The notes beneath the pieces are model-generated. The model searched no databases, was not told where the DNA came from, and saw nothing but the letters and a program-made list of their open reading frames with translations. A stretch of DNA of 64,000 bases from Antedon mediterranea (taxonomy: Eukaryota; Animalia; Echinodermata). The number at the start of each line of letters is the position of its first letter. The first letter of the stretch is position 1. The position numbers were made by a program, and so were the translations under genes. The stretch lies in the NCBI RefSeq assembly GCF_964355755.1, contig NC_092680.1, forward strand, positions 7,006,001 to 7,070,000. The letters run 5' to 3'. Shown here piece after piece: positions 1-13,072 of this stretch.

Positions 1-3000
1 AAAAAAAACTATTTGCTATGAATATCAATAATTAATCCTCTTCTACTGAAAACAGTAATCCAGGAGGTAGAAAAATAAAGCAGAGAACATGAAGTTCAAA
101 CTAAGGATACCTGCAGTGAATCAATTACCAAAGCCATGTATACTATGGGTTGAAGTTGGAAGTTCACTCTCACCTAATCCCCACAGGCTATATGAAGGTT
201 GTTTGCATTAGTGTTTTGAGATACCTTGTTATCCACTGTAACAACTCAGCCCTCTATATATTTTTCAGATATATAATTACATATATTCTTCTATTCACAA
301 GTATTGGTGTTGTTTATGTTCACACAGCAAACTCTTGTAAAAAATATACCCCCCAAAAAAATACCATAAAAACGGTAACACACTTTTGAATCTGCAGAAA
401 AGCAATGACTGGAGTTATCGTTCATTTAACTTAATTAGACGGATGCTTAATTTATAAGATGAAAAAGATATGCCAAAGAGCTTTGTAAAGTGTGCCAATT
501 TTTTCCCATACTTCAAGTCAAGTACCTATTCGACTCTTTATTGGTAATATTTTTCATGAGCAATACACTAATTTTGACGATTTGGGTACACATTTGAGGT
601 AGGGTTTGTTATCTCTGTTAAAAAGGTAAAAATCATCAAATCTGGTTTTCACATTGTCATTGTTTATTGTTGCTGCAATCGCTATTCTCAGTGGTTAAAA
701 AACCTAATTGGTACTGCACCTTTATGAGTCACACATGTGATTCGCTCTTTGGTTTTAAAGGGGTTTATTGTGCACATGTGAATGTTGTGTACTAGGACTT
801 ATGACTTAAATCCCATCCAGTGGCTATTATTGCTTTACCATTAAATTACACTACATTGCTCTACAAGCCATTAATAGCTTGATAGACTATATGTTCTCAA
901 AGATTCTACAAGACAGAAAAAAGTAAACATATAAAATATTACTCTATTTAAGTCTATTTTCTTTTTTTTCTTGCATACATTTAATAAACACATTAAAAAA
1001 AACTAATAAAATTTCTGTTGAAAAAAAATGAAATGACAATAAAAAATGTCAGAGTGGATAAAAGATAATCAGTTCTCATCTCCCTGTGGTACAGATTCAT
1101 TGCATGGTACTGCAAGATGGACACAGATTTACTGCAGTAATCACAGTAAACAATACACAGGATCTGTTATTTAAACATTTTTTTTGTAAACAAATCTTTG
1201 GAGACATCACTTACAAAGCTCCTTTATTGAGAAGATCCCCTTGAGCATTGTGATGCAGATATTTTAACTCAGCTGAAGTGTGCTGTAAGAATACACCAAT
1301 GGAACATCTAATGACTTCAAGGTCTTGTTATTTATCATGAATTATGACATCTTTTATGTGTTTATCTCTCTCTCTCTCAAAGATTAATCATTTTCCATGG
1401 TTTTCCTCAGAACTAGAAAAGAATGTTATTTTACATTTAAAGGAGACTCTGACTTAGCAATCTAAATAAAATACATGACATGACATGACAGAGGCCAGTA
1501 TAACAATAAATGAATGTTTACTAGTTGAATGTGGAGATTATTTCATTTCTTTTTGTGCACTTAAAAATTTACTGTTCCATTCAATGAAGCAGAGATCAGA
1601 TTCCTTCCAACAGGGAACGGCGCAATTACAGTAAGCACACGTTATACATTGGTTTTCGTTGTCGTCCTATACTACTATTGTATATTATTTTTACTCTGGA
1701 ATCAACTGGCAAGGCTACTAGGTGTGTCATATAAGCAATAATAATAACAAGGTCTCTCTAGTAATTTTTAAAAAGATGAAATTCAAGATTAAGTCTTATC
1801 ATCTTATTAAAGATTAAGACATTAATCTCATCCTGACATCAACCACAAACTTTTCATATCATATAATCCTTGAATACAAATAATTTCTGGCACACACAAG
1901 GCCTAACATACAATTAAATGTGCCACACCTATACTAAAACATAATCATGTATGTAATCGTGCAATCAGTAAGATGGAAAACATCTCAAAGGTGTGATGTA
2001 AAAAAACAAGAAAATAAATGGCTGAACTGTAAAATGTTTGTTTTGCCAATGTAACCAATTGTTACATTTATCAAATGGCATAGCATTAAACAATATGCCT
2101 GTAAATGACTTTTTATTAACCATTTTTGTTTGTATCATCACTATTTCAACATTTTATCATTTAGTTTATTGAAATCAGTTTTTTCATGACTTTCTTGAAA
2201 AATTTATTAAAAAAGATTCGAAATTTTGTAATTATTTTATTATGTTGTTGTCTTTATAAATATCTATGATTGTTTAAAAACATACAATACATTAAAATGT
2301 AATAATACTTTATAAATATACCTATGTAGGGTCAGGGAGAGATGGCCCTACTGTAATAACCAATTATTTCTAGATGTACTACAGTAGCTACTAAATCATG
2401 GAGGTATTATACCTCAATATAACTTGAAAACGTCAAAGTTCAAAATGAAAATAGTAATTTTACAGACATTAGCAGAATGCCTAACATAAATCACTGTAAT
2501 GGCTTTCATACTGCATAAATCTGCCACCCATTGTCAGAATTATCTTACAAAGCTCTGCTGGGCCTAGGACTAACCTAGCTCAGGCCTCTCTAGAAAGAAG
2601 TAACTCACATCACACTTGACCTTGTAAATGTAATTGACCTTGCCTTGATTACCGCTTAATATCACTGAAGCAGTCCATACACCTACATTTGTTGTTCATA
2701 TTGTGTTTGTAATTATTCTAGAACCCTAATGTTATCAGAATCAGAAACGATGCATGCACGATACTGTACTTTACTTTGACATATTTATAGTAATAAATTA
2801 TTTACACGTGTATTCTGTTTACATTACTATTCCCGTCTCTGATTGGACAAGAGGACATGAATTATTTACATAACAGTACCATATAGTTTAATAGCCGAAT
2901 ATGGTAGGGTGTTTAGAATGGTATACTTGGACAATATGTTGTACAGTAGTGCAAAGGAGGGAATACTGTATGTATACATTTAATGCACATTTTTCAAAAG

Positions 3001-4910
3001 GAGGTAGGCCTATATAATTGTAGCTATCGGATATTCGAAATTGGATTTAAGCTTAACTAGCTACAGGCATGAATTTCATATTTTAGTGTACACAAAAAAA
3101 TAAAATTCTGTAGCATAAATCACGACAAAAAATCATGAATTTCTTTTCAGTCAGAAGATATACACATCATGCCAAAGAAAATAGAAAAACAGTCGTCCAA
3201 TACAGATAGGCCTAAACAATGTAAAAGAAATACTAAAAATAACTCCTTCCTTCCATTGGCAATTTTCTTCTTTCAAAGTGCGTCAATCTCTACATCATAT
3301 CAGCTCAAGTTAAAAAATCTCTGTCTTCTTTCGATGCTGTAGGCGTTCATTTTCAATGCGTATTGTATCGAATCACTTGCAGTTGTTTATGTCAAAGTTA
3401 ATATGAAGTGTATTGTTTTCTTATCAATGCCCTCAAACCAGTTAGAAGCTGAGAAAAGAACAATACAGCTTGTGTGAGTTCAAATACTGTCCAAGTTTTC
3501 TAAATGACAGACTGAAGATTGAATGACAAAATAAGAAGAAATGGCAATTATGTAAACAAACTTTCATGTTGAATTACATATACGATTATAAAAAGATGTA
3601 ATATAATCAATGCTTCATCTTTGTACAATTATACCATTCATAAATCAGCTTTTATTCCGTAATAGGTGATATGCAGAAGTCACATTTAAACAAAATCAAA
3701 ATCAAGAGTTTTTTCATGTTTTTAAAGTATCTCTTTCCAATTATCTTGTTTTGATTTTAGTAGATTTTCCTGCAATATGAATTTAAAATTTCTTTTATGT
3801 CATCTTAAAGTATTCAGGCATATTCTTCGTTCATATTTCATGACTTGCATTTTTGTGTTTATATTCATAAATACCTGTTTCCTAATTTCTTTCTTCAGAT
3901 ATCCTTATGTGTTTCTCAGAAACCAGGGAAGAAAACGAATTAAATCTATGACAGGAAGATAGCTGGCAATTAATAGCAGATGACACTCATCTCTCTGTTG
4001 ATGTCAATCATCACAGACAGGCTATATAGTTGAATTACACATATAGTTGAAACACCCAATAAGGGGAAATACTCCCAAGAGAGAAGACTTGGGTGGTAAT
4101 TGGGGTTTTGTGTATAAAGAGGGTAGATGTCCAGTGGTTGTCTGGCGAGGGGTAATTTCCAGTGTTGTCCAGATACAAACAAGTAATCAAAAAGGAGTAA
4201 TTCTTTATCAAAGGTTTTAATTACAATGCAAAAGCTCCATACATAAATATAATAGTACAGTAATACATGAGATCTGAGTCATATTGGAAGTCTTTAGCAT
4301 TGATACAACCACTTATGAAAGGCGGTACCGGTTTTGATCTATCTAGTGATTCTTACTTAAGTAATGTTTATTTTACCACAACAATCTGTTTTATCACCTT
4401 TTCGTTACATAATACATATGTCGGTTTGACAAGGACTGAGCTTCAGCAGCTGACTAATTGAATAATAAATATAAATCCTGGGGCAAAACCCGGATTTTCA
4501 AATCGGGGTGAGAGAGAGTCTGGTTGCACTTTTTTAACTTTACAATCATATACCGATTGGCCCATGGAGTAATACTCTCAGTACAACATTAATGAATTAA
4601 ACATTGTCCAGACTTTTGTGTACGACTGAATGATAATAATTATAATCATTATTTAACATGCAATATTGGGATAATTTATACTTGCTCCCCAACATTTGTA
4701 ATATATTATTTAGGGATGCAATCGTAAGTACATTTCTTTTTATTCACCCTGCATCCGCCCAAGAAAATCAAAGATCATGATCTCAAAAAAAGCAGAAGGG
4801 AAAACAAAACAATAAATATTATGTTTATATATATTAAATATAAATCCAAAGTCAAATCACTAAAAAAAAAAAAAGCTAAATCTAAACGAGAAGTAAAACA
4901 TCCAGAAAAG

Positions 4911-4953
4911 TTAGCAGAGCTTTCGGGCAACACTAGCCCTTCATCAGTGCAAG
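4911..4953 (-). ncRNA. Minimal type I hammerhead ribozyme, Penelope-like element type
   Basis: Minus strand reads UUGCA-CUGAUGA-A-GGGC(uaguguu)GCCC-GAAA-GC-UC-UGC. It has an intact CUGAUGA/GAAA core, a 4-bp stem II, a minimal stem III, a UC cleavage site and a short stem I (GCA/UGC). Confidence 0.7.
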
Positions 4954-5279
4954 TGTAATATCATTGTGTAATATCATATCAGTGCAATATAAATATATAT
5001 ATATAAAACATATTTTAATGAATATAACAAAACAAATCGTCATTTATGGTGAGTTGACTCCAATGATGAAATAAAAAAAATGCAATAAATTGTAAACTTT
5101 TTATTTGATAGAAACAAAAACATATGGTATCAATAAATAGCGTAGCAAACACAGGTTTACCTCCGCATATAGGCCCTAAACATTCACCACATTTCTGAAC
5201 TTTGTTCTTGTATAACATTGAAAACATTTGGCAGATTAACTATATAATTAAACTGTTTTTTCATAATAATATGCTGGTT

Positions 5280-8200
5280 GCATAGTAGACCACAGTGGTA
5301 AACTAAATCTTATTATTTTCACTGTGCTCAACTACAACCAAAGGGTATAGTAGCGCACAGAGCTAAACTAAATCCTATTTATTATCACTGTGCGCGAGTG
5401 CAACCAAAATGGGTATAGTAGCGCACAGTGCTAAAACTAAATCCTATTTATTATCACTGTGCGCGAGTGCAACCAAAATGGGTATAGTAGCGCACAGTGC
5501 TAAAACTAAATCCTATTTATTATCACTGTGCGCGAGTGCAACCAAAATGGGTATGGTAGCGCACAGTGCTAAACTAAATCCTATTTATTATCACTGTGCG
5601 CGAGTGCAACCAAAATGGGTATGGTAGCGCACAGTGCTAAACTAAATCCTATTTATTATCACTGTGCGCGAGTGCAACCAAAATGGGTATAGTAGCGCAC
5701 AGTGCTAAAAAAAATCCTATTTATTATCACTGTGCTCGAATGCAACCAAAATGGGTATGGTAGCGCACAGTGCTAAACTAAATCCTAGTTATTACCACTG
5801 TTCGGGAGTGCATCCAAAATGGATATGCTAGCGCACAGTGCTAAACTAATTCCTATTTATTATCACTGTGCGCGAGTACAACAAAAATGGGTATGGTAGC
5901 GCACAGTGTTAAACTAAATTCTATTTAGTATCACTGTGCGCGAGTGCAACCAATGAGTATGGTAGCGCACAGTGCTAAACTAAATCATATTTATTATCAC
6001 TGTGCGCGAGTGCAACTAAAATGGGTATATAAGCGCACAGTGCTAAACTATAGGCCTATCCTATTTATTATCACTGTGCGTTAGTTCAATCAAGATGGAT
6101 ATGGTAGCGAACAGTGTTAAACTAAATCCTATTATTATCAGTGTGCGCGCGCGAAAGCAACCAAAATGGGTATGGTAGCGCACAATGCTAAAATAAATCC
6201 TATTTATTATCACTGTGCGCGAGTGCAACCAAAATGGGTATGGTAGCGCACAGTGCTAAAAAATTCCTATTTATTATCACTGTGCTCGAATGCAACCAAA
6301 ATGGGTATGGTAGCGCACAGTGCTAAACTAAATCCTAGTTGTTACTACTGTTCGGGAGTGCATCCAAAATGGATATGGTAGCGCACAGTGCTAAACTAAT
6401 TCCTATTTATTATCACTGTGCGCGAGTACAACAAAAATGGGTATGGTAGGGCACAGTGTTAAACTAAATCCTATTTAGTATCACTGTGCGCGAGTGCAAC
6501 CAATGAGTATGGTAGCGCACAGTGCTAAACTAAATCATATTTATTATCACTGTGCGCGAGTGCAACTAAAATGGGTATAATAGCGCACAGTGCTAAACTA
6601 TATCCTATTTATTATCACTGTGCGTTAGTTCAATCAAGGTGGATATGGTAGCGAACAGTGTTAAACTAAATCCTATTTATTATCACTGTGCGCGAGTGCA
6701 ACCAAAATGGGTATGGTAGCGCACAGTGCTAAAAAATTCCTATTTATTATCACTGTGCTCGAATGCAACCAAAATGGGTATGGTAGCGCACAGTGCTAAA
6801 CTAAATCCTAGTTGTTACTACTGTTCGGGAGTGCATCCAAAATGGATATGGTAGCGCACAGTGCTAAACTAATTCCTATTTATTATCACTGTGCGCGAGT
6901 ACAACAAAAATGGGTATGGTAGGGCACAGTGTTAAACTAAATCCTATTTAGTATCACTGTGCGCGAGTGCAACCAATGAGTATGGTAGCGCACAGTGCTA
7001 AACTAAATCATATTTATTATCACTGTGCGCGAGTGCAACTAAAATGGGTATAATAGCGCACAGTGCTAAACTATATCCTATTTATTATCACTGTGCGTTA
7101 GTTCAATCAAGGTGGATATGGTAGCGAACAGTGTTAAACTAAATCCTATTTATTATCACTGTGCGCGAGTGCAACCAAAATGGGTATGGTAGCGCACAGT
7201 GCTAAACTAAATCCTATTTATTATCACTGTGCGCGAGTGCAACCAAAATGGGTATAGTAGCGCACAGTGCTAAAAAAAATCCTATTTATTATCACTGTGC
7301 TCGAATGCAACCAAAATGGGTATGGTAGCGCACAGTGCTAAACTAAATCCTAGTTATTACCACTGTTCGGGAGTGCATCCAAAATGGATATGCTAGCGCA
7401 CAGTGCTAAACTAATTCCTATTTATTATCACTGTGCGCGAGTACAACAAAAATGGGTATGGTAGCGCACAGTGTTAAACTAAATTCTATTTAGTATCACT
7501 GTGCGCGAGTGCAACCAATGAGTATGGTAGCGCACAGTGCTAAACTAAATCATATTTATTATCACTGTGCGCGAGTGCAACTAAAATGGGTATATAAGCG
7601 CACAGTGCTAAACTATAGGCCTATCCTATTTATTATCACTGTGCGTTAGTTCAATCAAGATGGATATGGTAGCGAACAGTGTTAAACTAAATCCTATTAT
7701 TATCAGTGTGCGCGCGCGAAAGCAACCAAAATGGGTATGGTAGCGCACAATGCTAAAATAAATCCTATTTATTATCACTGTGCGCGAGTGCAACCAAAAT
7801 GGGTATGGTAGCGCACAGTGCTAAAAAATTCCTATTTATTATCACTGTGCTCGAATGCAACCAAAATGGGTATGGTAGCGCACAGTGCTAAACTAAATCC
7901 TAGTTGTTACTACTGTTCGGGAGTGCATCCAAAATGGATATGGTAGCGCACAGTGCTAAACTAATTCCTATTTATTATCACTGTGCGCGAGTACAACAAA
8001 AATGGGTATGGTAGGGCACAGTGTTAAACTAAATCCTATTTAGTATCACTGTGCGCGAGTGCAACCAATGAGTATGGTAGCGCACAGTGCTAAACTAAAT
8101 CATATTTATTATCACTGTGCGCGAGTGCAACTAAAATGGGTATAATAGCGCACAGTGCTAAACTATATCCTATTTATTATCACTGTGCGTTAGTTCAATC

Positions 8201-8826
8201 AAGGTGGATATGGTAGCGAACAGTGTTAAACTAAATCCTATTTATTATCACTGTGCGCGAGTGCAACCAAAATGGGTATGGTAGCGCACAGTGCTAAACT
8301 AAATCATATTTATTATCACTGTGCGCGAGTGCAACTAAAATGGGTATAATAGCGCACAGTGCTAAACTATATCCTATTTATTATCACTGTGCGTTAGTTC
8401 AATCAAGGTGGATATGGTAGCGAACAGTGTTAAACTAAATCCTATTATTATCAGTGTGCGCGCGCGAGAGCAACCAAAATGGGTATGGTAGCGCACAGTG
8501 CTAAACTAAATCCTATTTATTATCACTGTGCGCGAGTGCAACCAAAATGGGTATGGTAGCGCACAGTGCTAAACTAAATCCTATTTATTATTACTGTGCG
8601 CGAGTGCAACCAAAATGGGTATGGTAGCGCACAGTGCTAAACTAAATCCTATTTTGTTATCACTGTGCGCGAGTACAACAAAAACGGGAATGGTAGCGCA
8701 CAGTGCTAAACTAAATCCTATTTATTATCACTGTGCGCGAGTGCAACAAAAATGGGTATGGTAGCGCACAGTGCTAAAATAAATCCTATTTATTATCACT
8801 GTGCGCGAGTGCAACCAAAATGGGTT
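5280..8826 (+). repeat. 68-bp tandem satellite (~52 monomers) with internal hairpin and higher-order repeat
   Basis: Monomer ATGGTAGCGCACAGTGCTAAACTAAATCCTATTTATTATCACTGTGCGCGAGTGCAACCAAAATGGGT (e.g. starts 5553, 5621) contains the inverted repeat GCGCACAGTG/CACTGTGCGC. Confidence 0.97.
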
Positions 8827-11800
8827 TTTTGGGTGGACTGGAACAAAGTAACCCAGATTCCAAAACAGCATGTTGAAAATTTCAAACAAGCCAAAACACT
8901 GATAAGATCCAATAGTGAACTGTCTGATCAACACAAAGATTCTATGGCAACGATAGCGGATCATGCTATATCTGTGTCACTGAGAGATCCCTCTGTGTCT
9001 GAAATAGTGAAAGAAGTTCATCACCATACTAATAAAGCCTGCCGGAAGTATGGAACAACTTGCAGATTCAACTTTCCTAAGTTTCCAACAAGAAAAACTT
9101 TGATAAGTTCACCCTCTAATTATGCTTTTAACAGTGAAGAAAAGAAAAACTCAAAAATGACAAGGTACAAAACAGTCTTGGATGCCGTAAAAGAGATCCT
9201 AGAGGATGATGATAAGATGAAAAAAGTGTGTTCACACAAACAGAAAGAACTACACACAAATGGAGAATAAGCCAGATTATTCAAAATGCAGAATATAACA
9301 ACAAACACTGTTCTGTTCCAGCTAATTTACATCATCATTTTCAAGGAAAAATCAAAGAAAATGGCATGGCAGATGTTATTCAAATCAAAGTTGTACATGA
9401 TGCAATGGCAAACAACAAAATTAAAATTGATGAGCTGTTAGAAAAGAGAATTGAATTCATGCTTGAACAAGCTAACTTTTCAATTGAAAAGTTTTCTGAT
9501 GTATGCTCCAAATTGGAAGAATATGAAAATGGTTTATCTGTCAACAATCGTGGATACATGTTTTTCTATAAAAGAGATGTTGCTGAAATTATGGTCAACA
9601 GCTACAATGCTGAATGGATATCTACATGGAATGGAAACATGGACATTCAGTTGTGCCTTGACTTTTATGCTATCATTACATACATAAGTGACTACTATTC
9701 CAAGAATGACTCTGGAACCATGGATATGCTCATTAATGCTCTAAAAGATGCAGAAAATGAGGATTTAAGGACCAAATTGAAAACGGTTGCTTCAGTGTTT
9801 CTTACACACAGACAAATGGGGGGAAGTGAAGCTTACTACAGACTTCTCCCACACATGCATCTGAAGGACTCAAATATTGAGGCAGTCTTTGCCCCTACTG
9901 GATTTAATCCTAGTCATTTTCTGAAAAGAATTGATGATGATGCTCAAGTTGATGGTAAAAATCTCATTGAAGTAGAAGGTCGTGAAGGAAAATATCAAGA
10001 AAAGGCTTCAATGTATGAAAAGTATCAAAGAAGAGATTGTAATTTGCAGCCTGAGATCAAAGACCTATGCTATGCTCAATTTGTTAAGCGATACAAGTCC
10101 GTTAGGACTGTCCCAAAATCCTTCAACTACAAGCAATTGGAGTCCTCAAAGATGTATGACATAAATGAAAATTTAATCATAAACAGCATCATCATCACTG
10201 AAAGAATAGAAGAGAATGAGAAAGTCAATAACCTTCCTATGTACATCAGGATCAAAAACACTCAACATGATGAGCCATCTTTTGTCAAGTTAAGAAGAGA
10301 GCTTGTCCTTCGTTGTCACAAATTCAAGAAAAGCAAAAACCTCCATTAACATCTTTTCTCTGAACTTCAGTTATTCCATCCACATACAAACAATCCCATG
10401 GATGGTCCAAACTACACTCTTGAACAAGAAAAAGAGGACCTAAATGCCTGTCAAAAAACATTTAGTCAATCAGAATTTTACAAGGTGAAAACATGTTAAT
10501 GCCATACTTAGAAAATGTTGAAAAAGGTATGGAATCAGCGCAAGAAATGAGGAATGACATTGGGGATGTCCTTGATCCCCAAAATGAGCAAGATAAAGCT
10601 GAATGTGAGGAAATTGGACTTGAAGATAATCATGAGTATGCAGCAAAAGATTTTGAAGGCCTTTTTTTAAACTGAGGACCCCACTCCATCAACTGGATTA
10701 TTCAAGAGAGTTACACCAAGCTCAGATAACACTCTCTTTCCACTCATTCGAAAAATGGATGATGCACAAAGACTAGTGGTTAATAATAAAGTAATGCAAT
10801 ATATCAAAGAAACAATTATCTCCAGAAAAGAACCAGCAACAATCTCTGTTCCAAGGTTTATAATCCAAGGTGAAGCTGTTGCTGAAAAAGCTCTGTCATT
10901 CATGTGGTAGTGCAGTTAATGGAGAAACTCTTAAGACAATCTGGAGATAATACTGACAATCCTTATGTTCTTCTCATTTACTGGAACAGCGGCAGCAAAC
11001 ATTGATGAAATGACACTGCATAGTGCCTTCAATTTCCCATTCAACAATCAGTTTTTATCTTTACCAGACAAATTACGAGACAAAAAGAGAGATCAGCTGA
11101 AACTTCTGAAAATGATCATCATTGATGAATTCAGTATGTTGAAGGCCGACATGCTCTACCAAATTGACCTTCGTCTACGCGAATTGATGGAAGCTTCAAA
11201 AGAGGCTTTTGGAGGATGTGCAGTCCTATTGTTTGGTGATATTCTGCAGTTGAAGCCTGTAATGGGAAAATATGTGTTTGATTTGCCTATATCATCAGAC
11301 TACCATGCCTCTTTCTACATAGAATCACTATGGAATACCTTCAGAGTCATTCATCTGTTAACTAATCACAGGCAAGGTGAAGACCATGTCTATGCTGATA
11401 TGTTAAACAGAGTAAGGACTGGAAGTCAGAATGAAAGTGATATCACCTTACTGCAAGAAAGGGTAAGACCTTTAAACCACCCTGACATTCCAAAAGATGC
11501 CCTTTTTGTAACATGTACAAACAAAGATGTAAATACTATAAGCAACACCAAATTGGAAGAAGTGCAAGAGCAGTTAATAGAGATTCCTGCACAAATCTAC
11601 AGTACGGCTAAAAAAGAACCAAAAACCAAAACATCCAATGATGGTTCTATTTTCAACACTCCTCTTCAAAAGCATCTAAAACTCAAAAAAGGGGCAAAGG
11701 TTATGTTGACATATAATGTCGATGTAATTGATTGTTTAACAAATGGAGCAATGGGGGAAGTTGTTAGTTTTATTTTTGACCAGAAGGGCAGAGTCAAAAC

Positions 11801-12815
11801 AATTCTAGTTCATTTCAATGATGAAAAAGTTGGAAAAGAAAAACGCCTTAAATATGGTAGTTTGCAACAACAGTATCCTGGTATTCATGTTACCCCTATT
11901 GAGAAAATCGAGTTTAAATTTTGTTTATCAAAAAAACAAACTGGTAATCAGATGTTAGCTGCTGTACAGTTTCCCCTCAAACTTTCCTTTGCCTGCACTG
12001 CTCATAATATGCAAGGAGCAACCGTGGCCAAGCCTAACTCTCTTATCCTTGATTTAAGAGGTGTTAGAGAGCCAGCCCAAGCTTATGTCGTGCTTAGTCG
12101 TGTACAGGCAATTAGTAAACTGTATATAATTGAAAAAATTCCATCTGATAAACTATATCCATCTAAATTACCAATGACAGAGCTTAAAAGGCTTTCTGAT
12201 ATCTCCATGAACAAAATTGAATCACTTATCAGGAAGAGTATTGGCATTTCAAGCTTAAATATTTGGTCTTTACCTGATAAAATCTATGATCTTAAAGTAG
12301 ACTATACATTGAATGTGTCTATGGTTGTCTGTCTACAAGAAACATGGTGTGAAGATGACTACTCAAACGACCACCTAAATATTGATGGATATTATCTGCA
12401 CTTAACCAATCGTGGAAAAGGAAAAGGAATTGCTACCTATTTCAAAAAAGGTTTTTATCTTTCTGAAGAAGTAAACAAAGAATTATTTCAAATGACCAAA
12501 TGTTCAAGTAGATATCTGCATGTGATAAACGTGTACAGGTCTCAAAATGCTTCCTCTGTTGAGTTTTTACAGCATTTAGACTCACTCATTGTAGATTGTG
12601 AACAGTGTTATATTGTAGGTGATTTCAACATTGATATCTTACGTACTGTACACCCCATTGTAACCTGGATCCTCTCTGTCTGTGCAATATCCAACCCATG
12701 AAAAAGGGGGACTTATTGATCATGTTTACATCAGATCAGAGAGAGGTTTTGAACTCTTTACACAATGGCCTTACTACTCTGACCATGCTGCAAACTGTCT
12801 TGTTTTGCATGAATA
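8824..12815 (+). pseudogene. Decayed Helentron Rep/Helicase/endonuclease ORF (5'-truncated, frameshifted)
   Basis: Rep motifs HHHT..C.K....CRFNFPKFP, NSYN..W..NMDIQ...YISDYYSK and R...EAYYRLL. PIF1 motifs FTGTAAANI..TLHS, IIIDEFSM, FGG..LLFGDILQL.PV, NHRQ, QFPLKLSFACTAH.MQG and AYV.LSRV. C-terminal AP endonuclease motifs LNI, CLQETW, VYRS, GDFNID and, out of frame, THEKGGLIDHVY and YSDH. Several frameshifts and stops; Walker A has degenerated to GEAVAEK (~10869). Confidence 0.92.
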
Positions 12816-13072
12816 AAATATGTTATATAATATATAAATTTTGCTCTTGCTGTTTCTTGCTGTTGTCCTTGCTCTTTTAATAAACAAGCACAGTGAACTC
12901 TTTTCTGTTAGGAAGCTTAGATAGAATATTAAATGACACAACAGCCCGTATATAATAACTTAAAGTGACAGAACAACTTAGAAATGTAATGCCTTAGAAA
13001 AAGTATCAGAAATGTACATAAGTCTTATAAATGTACAGAAGTCTCAGAAATGTACAGAAGTCTCAGAAAAGT

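Noticed and set aside
1-4800. Short ORFs and possible exons (e.g. 111-173 minus)
   Set aside because: AT-rich sequence with no recognisable motifs or supportable exon chain.
5409-5627. ORF with 23-aa repeats, and the satellite-derived start of ORF 8752-9270
   Set aside because: Translations of satellite monomers; no evidence of coding function.
5280-8826. CRISPR-like array of palindromic repeats next to a nuclease/helicase
   Set aside because: There are no unique spacers: the whole 68-mer repeats. The context is eukaryotic and the adjacent ORF is a Helentron, not cas.
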